A stretch of 64,000 bases of DNA from Bacillota bacterium (GTDB taxonomy: Bacteria > Bacillota > Dethiobacteria > DTU022), in NCBI GenBank assembly GCA_029782095.1, contig JAKOVL010000079.1, positions 8,240 through 72,239 of the forward strand, given 5' to 3'. Within the stretch, counting starts at the first letter, position 1. The number at the start of each line of letters is the position of its first letter. The notes under the pieces are model-generated. The model did no database searches and was not told where the DNA came from. It saw only the letters and a program-made list of their open reading frames with translations. The position numbers were made by a program, and so were the translations under genes. Positions 44,916-55,273 of the stretch are shown piece after piece.

Positions 44916-46187
44916 CTAGGCCCAGCCGCGCAGCTTCATGGCCTCGGCGAGGCGGTTTAAAGCAACCATGTAAGCGGCTTTGCGCATGTTTACCTTGTAT
45001 TTTTGCGCAGTCTGAAGCACGGCCCGGTAAGCGGCGGTCATCTTGCGCTGCAGCCGCTCGAATACCTCAGCCTCGTCCCAGTAATACATATTGAAATTTT
45101 GCACCATTTCAAAATAGGAGACGGTAACCCCGCCGGCATTGCACAGGATATCCGGCAGAATATGAATGCCTTTTTCGGATAAAATTTCATCCGCTTCCGG
45201 GGTCGTGGGCCCATTGGCAAGCTCGGCGATCAGGCGTGCTTTTATTTTGGCGGCGTTTTCTGCGGTGATGACATTCTCCAGGGCCGAGGGGCAAAGGATG
45301 TCCGCTTCCAGTTCAAAGAGCTCCCCGTTGGTAATTGGCTCTGTATCCGGAAAGCCGACCACTGAACCGTGGGTTTGCTTATATTCATAGACGAGCCGGG
45401 GATCCAACCCTTTTTTGCGGTAGATACCCCCTTTCCTGTCGCTGACAGCGATAATTTTGCATCCCAGCAATTCGTGTGCCAGGGCAGCGGCATGATAGCC
45501 GACGTTGCCATAGCCCTGGACAACCATGGTGGCGTTGTTCAGGTTAAGTCCTATCTCTGCGGCAGCTTCTTCAATGACATAAATGCCTCCGCGGGCGGTG
45601 GCAATATTTCTTCCTGCCGCCCCGCCCAGCAAAAGGGGCTTGCCGGTGATCACGCCGAACTGGTTTTTTCCCACCCGCCTGGAGTATTCGTCCATCATCC
45701 AGGCCATAACCTGGGGGGTGGTATAAACATCCGGCGCGGGGATATCCCTGTCCGGACCGATGAACTGCCACACTTGTTCCACATAACCCCGGCTTAAGCG
45801 CTCCAGCTCCCCCAAAGACATTTCCCGGGGATTGCAGACAACGCCTCCCTTGGCGCCTCCCAGGGGCAGGTTGAGAAGGGAACACTTCCAGGTCATCCAC
45901 GCCGCCAGGGCCCTCACCGTGTCGATGGTTTCCTCAGGATGGAATCGGATTCCACCTTTTGTGGGGCCCAGGGCGTCGTTGTACTGCACCCTGAAACCTT
46001 TAAAAACCTTTATCATACCGTCGTCCATGCGCACCGGGATACTGACATGCAGCTCGCGCATGGGAAAGCGGATTAGCTCGTAAACATCGGGGCTGAGGTT
46101 TAATAGCCCGGCACATTCCTCGCATTGTTTCTGAACAATTTCAAAAGGATTTCTTATGCCTGTTTTCACGTTATTTTGAATAGACAT
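44916..46187 (-). CDS. gdhA: Glutamate dehydrogenase (Glu/Leu/Phe/Val dehydrogenase family)
   Basis: 423 aa. GPTKGGIRFHP, LPLGGAKGGV and a GYGNVG Rossmann motif. Confidence 0.9.
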   Translation of the reverse strand: MSIQNNVKTGIRNPFEIVQKQCEECAGLLNLSPDVYELIRFPMRELHVSIPVRMDDGMIKVFKGFRVQYNDALGPTKGGIRFHPEETIDTVRALAAWMTWKCSLLNLPLGGAKGGVVCNPREMSLGELERLSRGYVEQVWQFIGPDRDIPAPDVYTTPQVMAWMMDEYSRRVGKNQFGVITGKPLLLGGAAGRNIATARGGIYVIEEAAAEIGLNLNNATMVVQGYGNVGYHAAALAHELLGCKIIAVSDRKGGIYRKKGLDPRLVYEYKQTHGSVVGFPDTEPITNGELFELEADILCPSALENVITAENAAKIKARLIAELANGPTTPEADEILSEKGIHILPDILCNAGGVTVSYFEMVQNFNMYYWDEAEVFERLQRKMTAAYRAVLQTAQKYKVNMRKAAYMVALNRLAEAMKLRGWA

Positions 46188-46390
46188 TGTTCATACCTCA
46201 CTTTACCAGGGTGCTTCCATTCCACATCGTGGAATCTTTTTGCCATTGTATTCTGTCATGCTAGCTTTTGTCAATAATAAATATGCGAGGGCTGCCCTGC
46301 CATGTCCATCGCTCTACCGACAGGCCTCGTGCGTCTGCCGCGCATTTTAAAGCGGTCAATCTGGGACATACTAGCAGGGGGTGATCGAAG

Positions 46391-47257
46391 ATGATAACTA
46401 GAAAAAATGTCCTTTGCGTTTTTTTGCTTGTGCTAACTGTATTATCCGCGTCATGCACCCGCGGCGGCGAAGGCGGCAGCGGGGGCGGCGGCAATGCCTC
46501 CGGTCAGAAGGCGCCCCGCGAAATTTTAGAGATGGAATCAAGCTTGCTGGAAATTATGAGACAGGCTGACCTGGTACCGGTCATTGAAAGGAGCGCGCAG
46601 CAGGGCGGAGAAGCCAAGAAAATGACCGATCTGACTTTCGACGAGACCACCCTGGGCGAAGTTTTAAAAAGAGAAGAGGAAACAGGATCCGGCGGGGAAT
46701 GGGGGCAGCAAAAGCTGCCTGAGGAGAGCGCTGCAGTGTGGACCAGGATTAAAGCGTCTATTGCCGGCTTGCATGACCAGTGGGACCGCCTGGAGCCCCA
46801 GGTTGCGGCGGAGAATATCCCTGAAGAGGCCATCGCCAGTTTTGAAGAGACCTTGGATTGGTTGACAGCTTCCGCCACTGCCGGCAGTTATCCCGGCACC
46901 CTGGCAGCAGCCAACCAGCTTACCCGCCACCTGGCCAAATTCATGGAGCCTTTTGCAGAGCCGCCCGCCCCGCAGGCTTATGAAATAAAATATTATATTC
47001 GCGAAACCGTGCTGCAGGCAGCGGAGGGAAAATATGATGCAGCCAGGGAGAACCTGTCCAAGATCCGGGAACAGCAGCCCGCAGTGCATAAAGCTTTAAA
47101 AGACCGGGATGCGGCAGAGCGGGCTGAAGAACTTGACATTTCGTTGAACAACCTGCAGCGGGCTGTGGAAAAAGAGGAGCCCGAACTGGTTAAAATCAAT
47201 GCGGCGGTCGTCATGGAAAATATGGTTCAGGCCATCGAAAAAATGCAGGGATCTTAG
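46391..47257 (+). CDS. Hypothetical lipoprotein (helical, Glu-rich)
   Basis: Signal peptide with the lipobox LSASC, followed by a Gly-rich linker GGEGGSGGGGN. No family recognised. Confidence 0.55.
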   Translation: MITRKNVLCVFLLVLTVLSASCTRGGEGGSGGGGNASGQKAPREILEMESSLLEIMRQADLVPVIERSAQQGGEAKKMTDLTFDETTLGEVLKREEETGSGGEWGQQKLPEESAAVWTRIKASIAGLHDQWDRLEPQVAAENIPEEAIASFEETLDWLTASATAGSYPGTLAAANQLTRHLAKFMEPFAEPPAPQAYEIKYYIRETVLQAAEGKYDAARENLSKIREQQPAVHKALKDRDAAERAEELDISLNNLQRAVEKEEPELVKINAAVVMENMVQAIEKMQGS

Positions 47258-48069
47258 CGCCGCCTTTTAAACAGGGCCGGCACCCCGGGGACAAACGTGA
47301 GGAAGAAGATGGCAGAAGCGCAGAGGACTATAGCCGCACCGGAGGGAACATCATAGTAATACGTAAAGAGAAGGCCTGCCAGGCCGCTGACAATGCCGGT
47401 GGCAACGGAGCTGAGCAGCATCCCGCGGTAATTGGCGCAGAGCCGGTAACCGGCGGCCGCGGGGATTACCAGCAAGGCTGAGGCCAGCACCACGCCCACC
47501 ACCAGCACCGCAGCCACCACGGTAAGGGCTAAGGAGACCAGCAGCCCTAAGTAGAGAAAGTTAACCGGCAGGCCGTTGGCCCTGGCCAGTTCTTCATCAA
47601 AAGAGATCGTTAGCAGCTCTTTAAAAAAGACGAATATAAAGAGAAGCACCAGCACCATCACTGCGGCCAGCATCCATAAGTCGGCGGCGGTGACAGTGAG
47701 CACATTGCCGAAAAGCAGGCTGAACAGCTCCGGGTAGTAGCCTGATTTAAAGCTGATCAGGGTGATCCCCAGGGCCATGCCGGTGGCGAAAAAGATGCCG
47801 ATGACCGTGTCCGCCTGTATGTTGCCATATTTGCTGATATAGCCCACCAGCAGCGCCACCAGGATGGCAAAGAGGCTGCCCGTATAGAGGGGATTCAGGT
47901 TAAGCAGCACGCCCAGGGCCAGACCGCCGAGCATGGCGTGGGAGACGCCCGCTCCCATGAAAGAGAGGCGGTTCAAGTAAACAAAAAAGGATAAGAGGGA
48001 ACATAGCAGGCCGGTCATTATGGCGGCCAGGAAAGCTTTCTGCATAAAGCCATAGGCAAATAGTTCCAT
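47254..48069 (-). CDS. znuB: Metal (Zn/Mn) ABC transporter permease
   Basis: 271 aa with 8-9 TM helices (ABC-3 family pattern). It overlaps the znuC-like stop. Confidence 0.8.
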   Translation of the reverse strand: MELFAYGFMQKAFLAAIMTGLLCSLLSFFVYLNRLSFMGAGVSHAMLGGLALGVLLNLNPLYTGSLFAILVALLVGYISKYGNIQADTVIGIFFATGMALGITLISFKSGYYPELFSLLFGNVLTVTAADLWMLAAVMVLVLLFIFVFFKELLTISFDEELARANGLPVNFLYLGLLVSLALTVVAAVLVVGVVLASALLVIPAAAGYRLCANYRGMLLSSVATGIVSGLAGLLFTYYYDVPSGAAIVLCASAIFFLTFVPGVPALFKRRR

Positions 48070-48833
48070 TATCCGGCAGGCCCCCTTTCCCGGCCAAAGA
48101 TCAGGTCAAATTCACAGCGGTAGGCTTTGCTCAAGTGTGGACTTTTTAACACTTCAGCGGGGCGGCCATGAATATGCATGGTGCGGTTGATGCAGATTAG
48201 CCGTCCGGCAGAGGCGGCCACCGCCGCCAGGTCATGGGAGACCATGATCACGGTTAAACCTTGCTCCGCCTGGAGTTTTTTCAGCAGCTCCATAAACCTG
48301 TTCTGGGCAGGCAAATCCAGCCCGGCGCCAGGCTCATCCAGGAACAGAAGGACGGGCCTTTTAACCAGGGCCCGTGCCAGAAAGACCAGCTGCTGTTGTC
48401 CCCCGGAAAGGCGGGCAAATGGAAGTTGTTCCGTGGCCAGCATGCCCACCTTTTGCAGGCTTTCGCGGGCTTTTTCGCGTTCTGTCCGGCGCAGGGGCTT
48501 GCCCAGCGCGGCGGCCGTAGCCAGGCCCATGGTGACGACATCCAGCACGGACAGGGGGAAGTCGCGGGAGACCTGGGGCCGCTGGGGCATGTAACCGATG
48601 AGATCTCTTTTTGGACCCAGGGAGGAGGGGGGCGCGCCCAATACGGCCACCTCTCCCCCGGTAGGCCGGGCCAGCCCCAGCAGCAGCCGCAGCAAGGTGG
48701 TTTTTCCGGCGCCGTTCGGTCCGATAATACCAACGAATTCGCCCGGCTGAACCGCCAGATTAATCTTTTCTAAAATAATGCTGCCCCCAAGCCGGTAGCT
48801 TAAATTGGTGGTGCGTATAACAGGGCTATCCAT
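48069..48833 (-). CDS. znuC: Metal (Zn/Mn) ABC transporter ATP-binding protein
   Basis: Walker A GPNGAGKTT, signature LSGGQQQ and Walker B LLFLDEP. The ATG at 48833 follows GGAG at 8-nt spacing. Confidence 0.85.
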   Translation of the reverse strand: MDSPVIRTTNLSYRLGGSIILEKINLAVQPGEFVGIIGPNGAGKTTLLRLLLGLARPTGGEVAVLGAPPSSLGPKRDLIGYMPQRPQVSRDFPLSVLDVVTMGLATAAALGKPLRRTEREKARESLQKVGMLATEQLPFARLSGGQQQLVFLARALVKRPVLLFLDEPGAGLDLPAQNRFMELLKKLQAEQGLTVIMVSHDLAAVAASAGRLICINRTMHIHGRPAEVLKSPHLSKAYRCEFDLIFGRERGPAG

Positions 48834-48872
48834 GCGAACTCTCCGTTTCAAGCCAGGGTGGTCTCTGTATTT

Positions 48873-49826
48873 TTACCGCAGGGCCTGCTGAAATATGGCG
48901 GCGTTGTAGCGCATCAGGTTGATGTAACTGTCCCGGCCGCTTATTTCTTTGCCGCCCAGGGGATCCAGGTATAGTACGCTTCCGCCGATTTCTCCGGCAA
49001 TTACATCGGCCGCTTTTTTGCTGAGCTGCGGCTCGGCGAAGATAGCCTTAATGCGGTGCTCTTCCGCCAGGCGGACCAGCTCAATCAACCACTGCGCCGA
49101 AGGCTCCTGCCCAGGGAATTGTTCCACCGATGCTATTTCTTCAAGGCCATAGCGCCGGGCAAAGTACCCCCAGGCGGAATGGTAAGTAATAATTTTTTTC
49201 TGCGAAAAGCCGGCGACCAGCTCGGCAAGCTCCAGGTGAAGGTCATAGAGCATCCCGCGGTAAATTTCCAGGTTGTGATCAAAATAATCTTTGTGCCGGG
49301 GCGCCGCTTCGGAAAGCTTTTGGGCGACCAGGGGGGCTATGGCTTCGTAAACCAGGAGCGGGTCCGTCCAAACATGGGGGTCGCGGCTGGTATGGGAATG
49401 ATGGTCATGGGCGGCGCCGCGGTGCTCTGCCGCCAGCTGAACGGGAGCGTAGCGAAGCAGCTGCTCTTCCTCCAGGTGCTCTGTTATTTGAATGGCCGCT
49501 ATTCCTTCAGCCCCGGCCAGCTTAACCGCCCAGTCGTCCAGGCCTTCGCCGATAAAAAATAGAAGGTCAGCCCGGGCTATCGCGCGGGCCTGCTCCACAG
49601 TCGGTTCATAGGTGTGGGGACTGTCCCCTGGAGCGAGCAGCAGGGTTGTCTCTACGGCTTCCCCGCCAACATTTTCAATAATATCGGCCAGGGGAAAGAT
49701 GGTGGCGACCACTTTCACTTTTTCCGCAGCCCCGGCCTCTTCTTCCCCGGCGGGGGCGCCGCAGCCGCAGAATATAAAAATAAGCGACATTAGAAAAAGC
49801 AAGTACAGCGGGGCCCGGCGTTTCAC
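48873..49826 (-). CDS. znuA: Metal ABC transporter substrate-binding lipoprotein, ZnuA-like with a His-rich loop
   Basis: Lipobox IFCGC. Cluster-9 SBP layout. The His-rich insert HRGAAHDHHSHTSRDPH is typical of zinc-specific ZnuA. Confidence 0.8.
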   Translation of the reverse strand: MKRRAPLYLLFLMSLIFIFCGCGAPAGEEEAGAAEKVKVVATIFPLADIIENVGGEAVETTLLLAPGDSPHTYEPTVEQARAIARADLLFFIGEGLDDWAVKLAGAEGIAAIQITEHLEEEQLLRYAPVQLAAEHRGAAHDHHSHTSRDPHVWTDPLLVYEAIAPLVAQKLSEAAPRHKDYFDHNLEIYRGMLYDLHLELAELVAGFSQKKIITYHSAWGYFARRYGLEEIASVEQFPGQEPSAQWLIELVRLAEEHRIKAIFAEPQLSKKAADVIAGEIGGSVLYLDPLGGKEISGRDSYINLMRYNAAIFQQALR

Positions 49827-49844
49827 CAGGTAAAACCTCCAGCC

Positions 49845-49900
49845 AATTGCAACTTACTTGCATTTAAGATCATATTAGCAACGGATACCTCCCATGTCAA
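49845..49900 (-). promoter_or_regulatory. znuA promoter with a downstream palindromic candidate operator
   Basis: The minus strand reads TTGACA (49900-49895), 16-nt spacer, TAATAT (49878-49873). Next comes AAATGCAA-gtaag-TTGCAATT (49865-49845, 7/8 inverted repeat), located between the -10 element and the RBS. Confidence 0.5.
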
Positions 49901-50343
49901 TAAATTGAGTGGAAATGGAAAGTCCCGCTTCGACGGCGACTGTGCCGCTTTCAGAAAGGTAATCCAGGGCATAGCAGAGATTGGTGATCAAAAGCTGCCT
50001 TTATCAGCAAGCATAAATAGCAAGATGCCTCTTTAAAGCGTCGGTGGCTGTCCCCTGCCGAGCCGCTCTTTATACTGTTTAATCCGGAAATTGCCCATCT
50101 AAACCTGGAATTCGACTGCTAATTTATTTATATAATTGTAAAAATGCTTAAAATTATTTATTATTGGTGCAGTGAGCTAAATATTCTAACTAATGCATCT
50201 TGACAGAACATATAATATTTGATAGTTTCAGCTTGATAGTCAATTAATAGCTTATTCTCTATTTTTTCCCGTTATATCCTGGAAACAACCCTTAATGCCG
50301 GCTAACGCCCGCCGGGCGTTAAAATAGTAAAGGAGGCAAACGT

Positions 50344-51549
50344 ATGAATTTTCAATTTAATGAAGAGCAGCTCATGTTTAAACAAAGCCTGCGTGATCTC
50401 TTGGAGAAAGAATTCGGTCCGGTGGTGGATCAGAGGGATAAACAGGGGCCCCTTACGCGAGATGAAGCTATTGATGTGATGAAAAAGTTAAAGAAAGTAG
50501 GGGTGGGCCTTGACCCCGAAAGCATAGTCGATCTGCTGGATCCGGTCATGTTTGGGATCATTGCCGAAGAATTCGGCAGGGTATGGCCGAGCCTGCTTCC
50601 GCTTTTCGGCATGGGCGCCATCCCCGCCATTTTCGTGCCGTACTGCTCTGACGAGGTCAAGGGACGCCTGCTGCCGCGGCTGGAGAAGGGCGAGTTCATC
50701 GGCTGTTTTGCCGAAACCGAGCCGGATGCGGGCTGCGACACGTCAAACCTGGGGACAACCGCCCGCCTGGAAGGAGACTATTATGTGGTCAATGGCAGAA
50801 AAAGCTGGATCAGCAACGCCACCATTGCGGACACCGCTTTTGTGGGCGTAAAAGACGCTGAGACCGGAAACCACATGTTTCTCCTGGTGGAAAAAGAAAT
50901 TTCACCCTTTGAGGCCACCGAATCGCCCAAATTGGGCTGGAAAGCTTCACCCACCGGTGAAATGTTTTTTGATGATTGCAAGGTGCCGCGGGAAAACGAG
51001 CTCAGTGTTCTGCTATCCAATGCTCTCTCTTCGGGGACCCTGGCCATACCGCCGGGCCTGATGAAGCTGTTGACCACCATGACCCCGGTTACGGCCATGC
51101 TGACCATTCCCCGGGCGGGGATGGGACTCGCAGCGGTGGGGATAGCCCAGGCCGCATTTGAGGCTTCGGTCAAATATGCCAGGGAAAGGGTCCAGTTTGG
51201 CAAGCCGCTGGGCAAATTCCAGTTGATTCAAGAAATGCTTTATGAAATGAATGTTGCCATTGAAACAGCGAGGCTGCTGGGCTACAAGGCCATGGATCTT
51301 ATTGTTAAAGGCGATCCTGAAGCGAGAAAATTTTCGGCCATGGCCAAGGCATACGGCGGGGAAGTGGCGCAGAAAGTAACGGACAGGGCCATTCAGATCC
51401 ACGGTGGAATGGGGCTTTCCGAAGAGATGCCCCTGGAGAGGTATTTCCGGGATGCGCGCGTGATGACTATTCCCGACGGAACCAGCGAAATGATGAAGTT
51501 AATCACCGGCTACGCCATTTTGGGCAAGGGTTTTTCAGCATATGTATAA
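50344..51549 (+). CDS. Acyl-CoA dehydrogenase
   Basis: 401 aa. ...GCFAETEPDAGCD..., ...WISNA... and C-terminal IHGGMG...P.ERYFRDAR...I.DGTSE. Confidence 0.88.
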   Translation: MNFQFNEEQLMFKQSLRDLLEKEFGPVVDQRDKQGPLTRDEAIDVMKKLKKVGVGLDPESIVDLLDPVMFGIIAEEFGRVWPSLLPLFGMGAIPAIFVPYCSDEVKGRLLPRLEKGEFIGCFAETEPDAGCDTSNLGTTARLEGDYYVVNGRKSWISNATIADTAFVGVKDAETGNHMFLLVEKEISPFEATESPKLGWKASPTGEMFFDDCKVPRENELSVLLSNALSSGTLAIPPGLMKLLTTMTPVTAMLTIPRAGMGLAAVGIAQAAFEASVKYARERVQFGKPLGKFQLIQEMLYEMNVAIETARLLGYKAMDLIVKGDPEARKFSAMAKAYGGEVAQKVTDRAIQIHGGMGLSEEMPLERYFRDARVMTIPDGTSEMMKLITGYAILGKGFSAYV

Positions 51550-51582
51550 AAACTGGCGTTTCAGCAAGCCACCACTATTATT

Positions 51583-51612
51583 TATCTATAACGGGGGTTA
51601 GCCCCCGTTTTT
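51583..51612 (+). terminator. Rho-independent terminator
   Basis: AACGGGGG-ttag-CCCCCGTT followed by TTTTTTA. Confidence 0.85.
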
Positions 51613-51854
51613 TTAAGGTGAACTTAAAAAGATGCATCTTATTCAACTTGTATAGTATACTATTATTGCCAGAGGATATCTTTAGCTCTTGTCGAAGGAT
51701 TGTGCCTTGGGATTGAAACAAGGTCCAGCGCGTACCAGGTTTTTCTGCCTCTAGAGGCGTGCACCTGGTATTGTGGTTTTATCTAAAGCAAATTAGGGTT
51801 TCGCATCTCATGATCACTGCGCCGTGCGAACTATTAACATGATCGAGGTGTGCC

Positions 51855-53054
51855 ATGTCAACCGGTAAGTCTATCATGAGCCTGACTGAACAGTACAGTG
51901 CCGCCAATTATCTGCCCCTGCCTGTAGTTCTGGCCAGGGGTGAAGGCGTCTGGGTGGAGGATACGGAAGGCAACCGCTACATGGATATGCTCAGCGCGTA
52001 TTCAGCCATGAACCACGGTCATCGCCACCCCCGCATCATCAAGGCCTTAAAAGAACAGGCCGATCGGATTACCCTTACCTCCAGGGCTTTCCATAACGAA
52101 CTGCTGGGCGCCTTTTGTCAAAAGCTAGCGCAGATTACCGGCAAAGATCTGATTTTACCCATGAATACGGGAGCCGAAGCGGTGGAAACCGCCATTAAAG
52201 CGGCTCGCCGCTGGGCTTACGATGTGAAGCAGGTTCCCGAGGGGAAAGCGGAAATAATAGCCTGCGCCGGCAATTTTCATGGCCGTACCGTCACCATTGT
52301 TTCCTTCAGCTCCGACGAAAGCTACCGCCGGGGGTTCGGCCCCTTTACACCCGGTTTTAAAATTATCCCCTACGGTGACCTGGCCGCGTTGAAAGAGGTG
52401 AGCACCGCTAATACTGCGGCCTTCCTCGTTGAACCGGTCCAGGGAGAGGGCGGCATCATTATTCCGCCGGAGGGGTTCTTGCGGGAGGCCTATGCGTTTT
52501 GCCGGGAAAACAATATTTTATTCATGGCTGACGAGATTCAAACGGGATTTGGCCGGACAGGCCAGATGTTCGGTTGTGATTGGGAAGAGGTGAAGCCGGA
52601 CGTGTACATAGTGGGCAAGGCGCTGGGCGGCGGGGTAATGCCGGTTTCCGCCGTTGCCGCCGATAAAGAAGTGCTGGGGGTATTCGAGCCCGGTTCCCAC
52701 GGCTCAACCTTTGGCGGCAACCCCCTGGCCTGCGCCGTGGCCATTGCGGCCATGGACGTGATCATCGAAGAGGACCTGGCCGGCCAGTCCCGCGAAAAGG
52801 GAGAATACTTCGTGGCAGAGCTGCGCAGAATTGTCAACCCGAAAATTAAGGAAGTCAGAGGCAAAGGCCTTTTGATCGGGATAGAGCTTGCTGAGAAAGC
52901 GCGCCCCTATTGCGAAGCATTGATGGAGCAGGGCATTTTAGCCAAGGAGACCCATGAGAACGTGATCCGTTTTGCGCCGCCCCTAACCATCACCAGGGAA
53001 GAGATGGACTGGGCCCTGGAGCGCATCCGCAAGGTTCTGGACCAGCCCGTTTAA
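51855..53054 (+). CDS. rocD: Ornithine--oxo-acid aminotransferase
   Basis: 399 aa class-III aminotransferase. ...[37 protein letters not shown] and [11 protein letters not shown]. The overall pattern matches RocD. Confidence 0.85.
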   Translation: MSTGKSIMSLTEQYSAANYLPLPVVLARGEGVWVEDTEGNRYMDMLSAYSAMNHGHRHPRIIKALKEQADRITLTSRAFHNELLGAFCQKLAQITGKDLILPMNTGAEAVETAIKAARRWAYDVKQVPEGKAEIIACAGNFHGRTVTIVSFSSDESYRRGFGPFTPGFKIIPYGDLAALKEVSTANTAAFLVEPVQGEGGIIIPPEGFLREAYAFCRENNILFMADEIQTGFGRTGQMFGCDWEEVKPDVYIVGKALGGGVMPVSAVAADKEVLGVFEPGSHGSTFGGNPLACAVAIAAMDVIIEEDLAGQSREKGEYFVAELRRIVNPKIKEVRGKGLLIGIELAEKARPYCEALMEQGILAKETHENVIRFAPPLTITREEMDWALERIRKVLDQPV

Positions 53055-53186
53055 GCGGCACCTGAGATAGGGGGCCACCTGCAGGCCCCTTTTCAGATCA
53101 GGGCGGCCCCTTGGGATGGCGTGAAAGGGGGGCTGCCCCATTGACTTTTGGGCAGCCCCCAAACTGGTTGGTTAGCTTATTCCAAT

Positions 53187-53510
53187 TTAACCGACGACCG
53201 CCTGCAGTTTCATGGCCAGGGCCATATCGCCTTTAATTTTAAGCTTGCCGGCCATAAAAGCGGAAGTGGAGTTCAGTTTTCCTTCCATCATGCTCTGGCA
53301 ATCTTCAGCGGACATGAGCAGCGTCACGTTGGGATTGTCGTGGGCCCCTTCCACAACCTCGACAGTGCCGTCGGCCACGTTTAGGTGGAATGTGCCCCCG
53401 TCGTCCCCGGAAAGCTCAAACTGAAAGACCGCATTCACACCCTTGGATTTTGCCGGATCCGCTGCGGCCGCTTTGTCCCGTGCCGCTTGTACGATATCCG
53501 CAAACGCCAT
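53187..53510 (-). CDS. SCP-2 sterol-transfer domain protein
   Basis: 107 aa. ...AVFQFELSG.DGG.F.L.V.DG...V.EG....P.VTL.MS..D...M..GKLN...AFM.GKLKIKGDM.LAMKL. Confidence 0.8.
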   Translation of the reverse strand: MAFADIVQAARDKAAAADPAKSKGVNAVFQFELSGDDGGTFHLNVADGTVEVVEGAHDNPNVTLLMSAEDCQSMMEGKLNSTSAFMAGKLKIKGDMALAMKLQAVVG

Positions 53511-53626
53511 TTTTTTATTCCTCCCCTTTATGTATTTTTTTAGGCTGCCAGTTAAGGCAACTCAAATAAACTTTACCGTTAATCCTGAAAAATGTCAATA
53601 TTTTTAGTTTAATAAAACTTAAAATT

Positions 53627-54451
53627 TTAAAGTTCAGCATATTTTCTCATCTTTAAGGCCAGTTCTTTGACGCTGGGGAATACATAATCTGGTTTTAGCC
53701 TGCTTTGCTTCAGCTCCTGCGCCGTGGTTTCTCCGGAAAGCACCAGGATTGAGGTTAAGCCGCAGTTATGGCCGAGGGCAATATCCGTGTATAGGCGGTC
53801 GCCCACCACGGCCAGGGTGTCTTTCCCGGCTTTTTTGCGCTGAGTGAGCGCCTCCACTGTAAGCGGATTGGGCTTGCCGGCCACAACATGGGGCGGCTGC
53901 CCCGTGGCCGCCTGGAGCAGGGCGGTTATGGCCCCGCAGTCAGGTATAAATTCTCCCCCCTCGATGGGGCAGGTCAGATCAGGATGGGAGGCCAGGTAAG
54001 GCACCCCTTTCCGGATAAAGCGGCACGCGGCGGCCAGCTTGGCATAGTTGAGGGTTTGATCAAAGCCGACCACCACGAAATCTACGGGTCGGCCGTAATC
54101 AAATTCCAGGTTGAAACCGGCTTTGCTCAGTTCTTGCAAAAAATAGCCGGTACCCAGCGGAAAAAGCGAAGCGCCGGGCTTGATTTTGTTGAGATAGTAA
54201 ATTAACACCTCCGTGGAGGTAAGAATGTCCTCCAGGGAGGCGGCAATGCCCAGCCTGCTTAGCTTGTCCCGGTAAAAGCTCCTGTTTTTAGACGAATTGT
54301 TGGAGAAAAAGATACACTCTTTTCCCTGTTCCCGAATAAGCGAAATAAAATCTGCCGCCCCATCGATGAGGCGCTCTCCCAGCCAGATGGTGCCGTCCAT
54401 GTCCGTGAGAAAATATTTGATTTGAGCCAGCCGCTCTACCTTTTTGTCCAT
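53627..54451 (-). CDS. HAD-superfamily subfamily IIA hydrolase (NagD-like sugar phosphatase)
   Basis: FLTDMDGT catalytic motif I, ...FFSNNSS... and ...VGDRLYTDI.... Confidence 0.8.
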   Translation of the reverse strand: MDKKVERLAQIKYFLTDMDGTIWLGERLIDGAADFISLIREQGKECIFFSNNSSKNRSFYRDKLSRLGIAASLEDILTSTEVLIYYLNKIKPGASLFPLGTGYFLQELSKAGFNLEFDYGRPVDFVVVGFDQTLNYAKLAAACRFIRKGVPYLASHPDLTCPIEGGEFIPDCGAITALLQAATGQPPHVVAGKPNPLTVEALTQRKKAGKDTLAVVGDRLYTDIALGHNCGLTSILVLSGETTAQELKQSRLKPDYVFPSVKELALKMRKYAEL

Positions 54452-54469
54452 AATTTTGCTCCTTGAATT

Positions 54470-55249
54470 TTACAGGTTGTTCTGAAAATCTTCCTGCATC
54501 TTTTGGCGGCGCTGCTGTCCCCTTTCACGCAGCAGTTTGCTTAAAAGGTCCGGCCGGTTGGTAATGATACCGTCCACTCCCAGGTCCAGCAGCTCCATCA
54601 TCTTCGCAGCTGAATTCACGGTCCAGGCATAGACTTTATAACCGCGGGCCCTGGCCCGGGACATGTACCTGCTGTTCACGATGCTGTAGTGGGGGTGCAG
54701 CGCTTCCGGTTTAAACCGGTTCAGCAGGCAGCGGCGATCCAGCCGCAGGACGGGCAGGTAGAGCAAGCCTACCGGTATGCGGCTATCGATCTGTTTCAGC
54801 AGCGCCAGGGAAAAAGGGTTAAATGACGAGACAATGACCCTGTGGTAAAGGTCGTAGCCGGAAACCAGGTCCGCCACCTTTTGCTCCAGGAGATGCCCTG
54901 CCGGGGCACTGCTTTTTGTTTCAATGTTAATGAAGGCATGCTGCGGCAGGGCGGCAATTGCCTCTTCCAGGGTGGGAACGGAGGTGCCGGCATAAGCGGG
55001 AGAGAATTTAGAACCTGCATCCAGGGCTTTTAGCTCCGCCAGGGTTTTTCTTGACACGGGTCCTTTTCCGCTAGTCGTTTTATTCACGGTACGGTCGTGC
55101 ATTACTACCACGACGCCGTCCCGGCTTAAGCGCACATCAAGCTCAACTCCATCGGCGCCGGCCTCCAGGGCGGCGGTAAAGGAAGGGATGGTATTTTCCG
55201 GGGCGGCTTCAGGGGCGCCCCGGTGACCCAGGTTTAAACAGTGCTTCAA
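54470..55249 (-). CDS. Glycerophosphodiester phosphodiesterase
   Basis: HRGAP...PENT..SF..A...GADGVELDV.LS.DG..VV.HD is the GDPD signature. Confidence 0.85.
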   Translation of the reverse strand: MKHCLNLGHRGAPEAAPENTIPSFTAALEAGADGVELDVRLSRDGVVVVMHDRTVNKTTSGKGPVSRKTLAELKALDAGSKFSPAYAGTSVPTLEEAIAALPQHAFINIETKSSAPAGHLLEQKVADLVSGYDLYHRVIVSSFNPFSLALLKQIDSRIPVGLLYLPVLRLDRRCLLNRFKPEALHPHYSIVNSRYMSRARARGYKVYAWTVNSAAKMMELLDLGVDGIITNRPDLLSKLLRERGQQRRQKMQEDFQNNL

Positions 55250-55273
55250 AGATTAATCCTCCCAGGGAATGGT

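Noticed and set aside
49901-50343. AT-rich 440-bp region upstream of the acyl-CoA dehydrogenase considered as a possible ncRNA, pseudogene or CRISPR leader.
   Set aside because: It shows no repeats, no conserved riboswitch blocks that I recognise and no ORF with coding-like composition. It is most simply a divergent promoter region shared by znuA and the acyl-CoA dehydrogenase gene.
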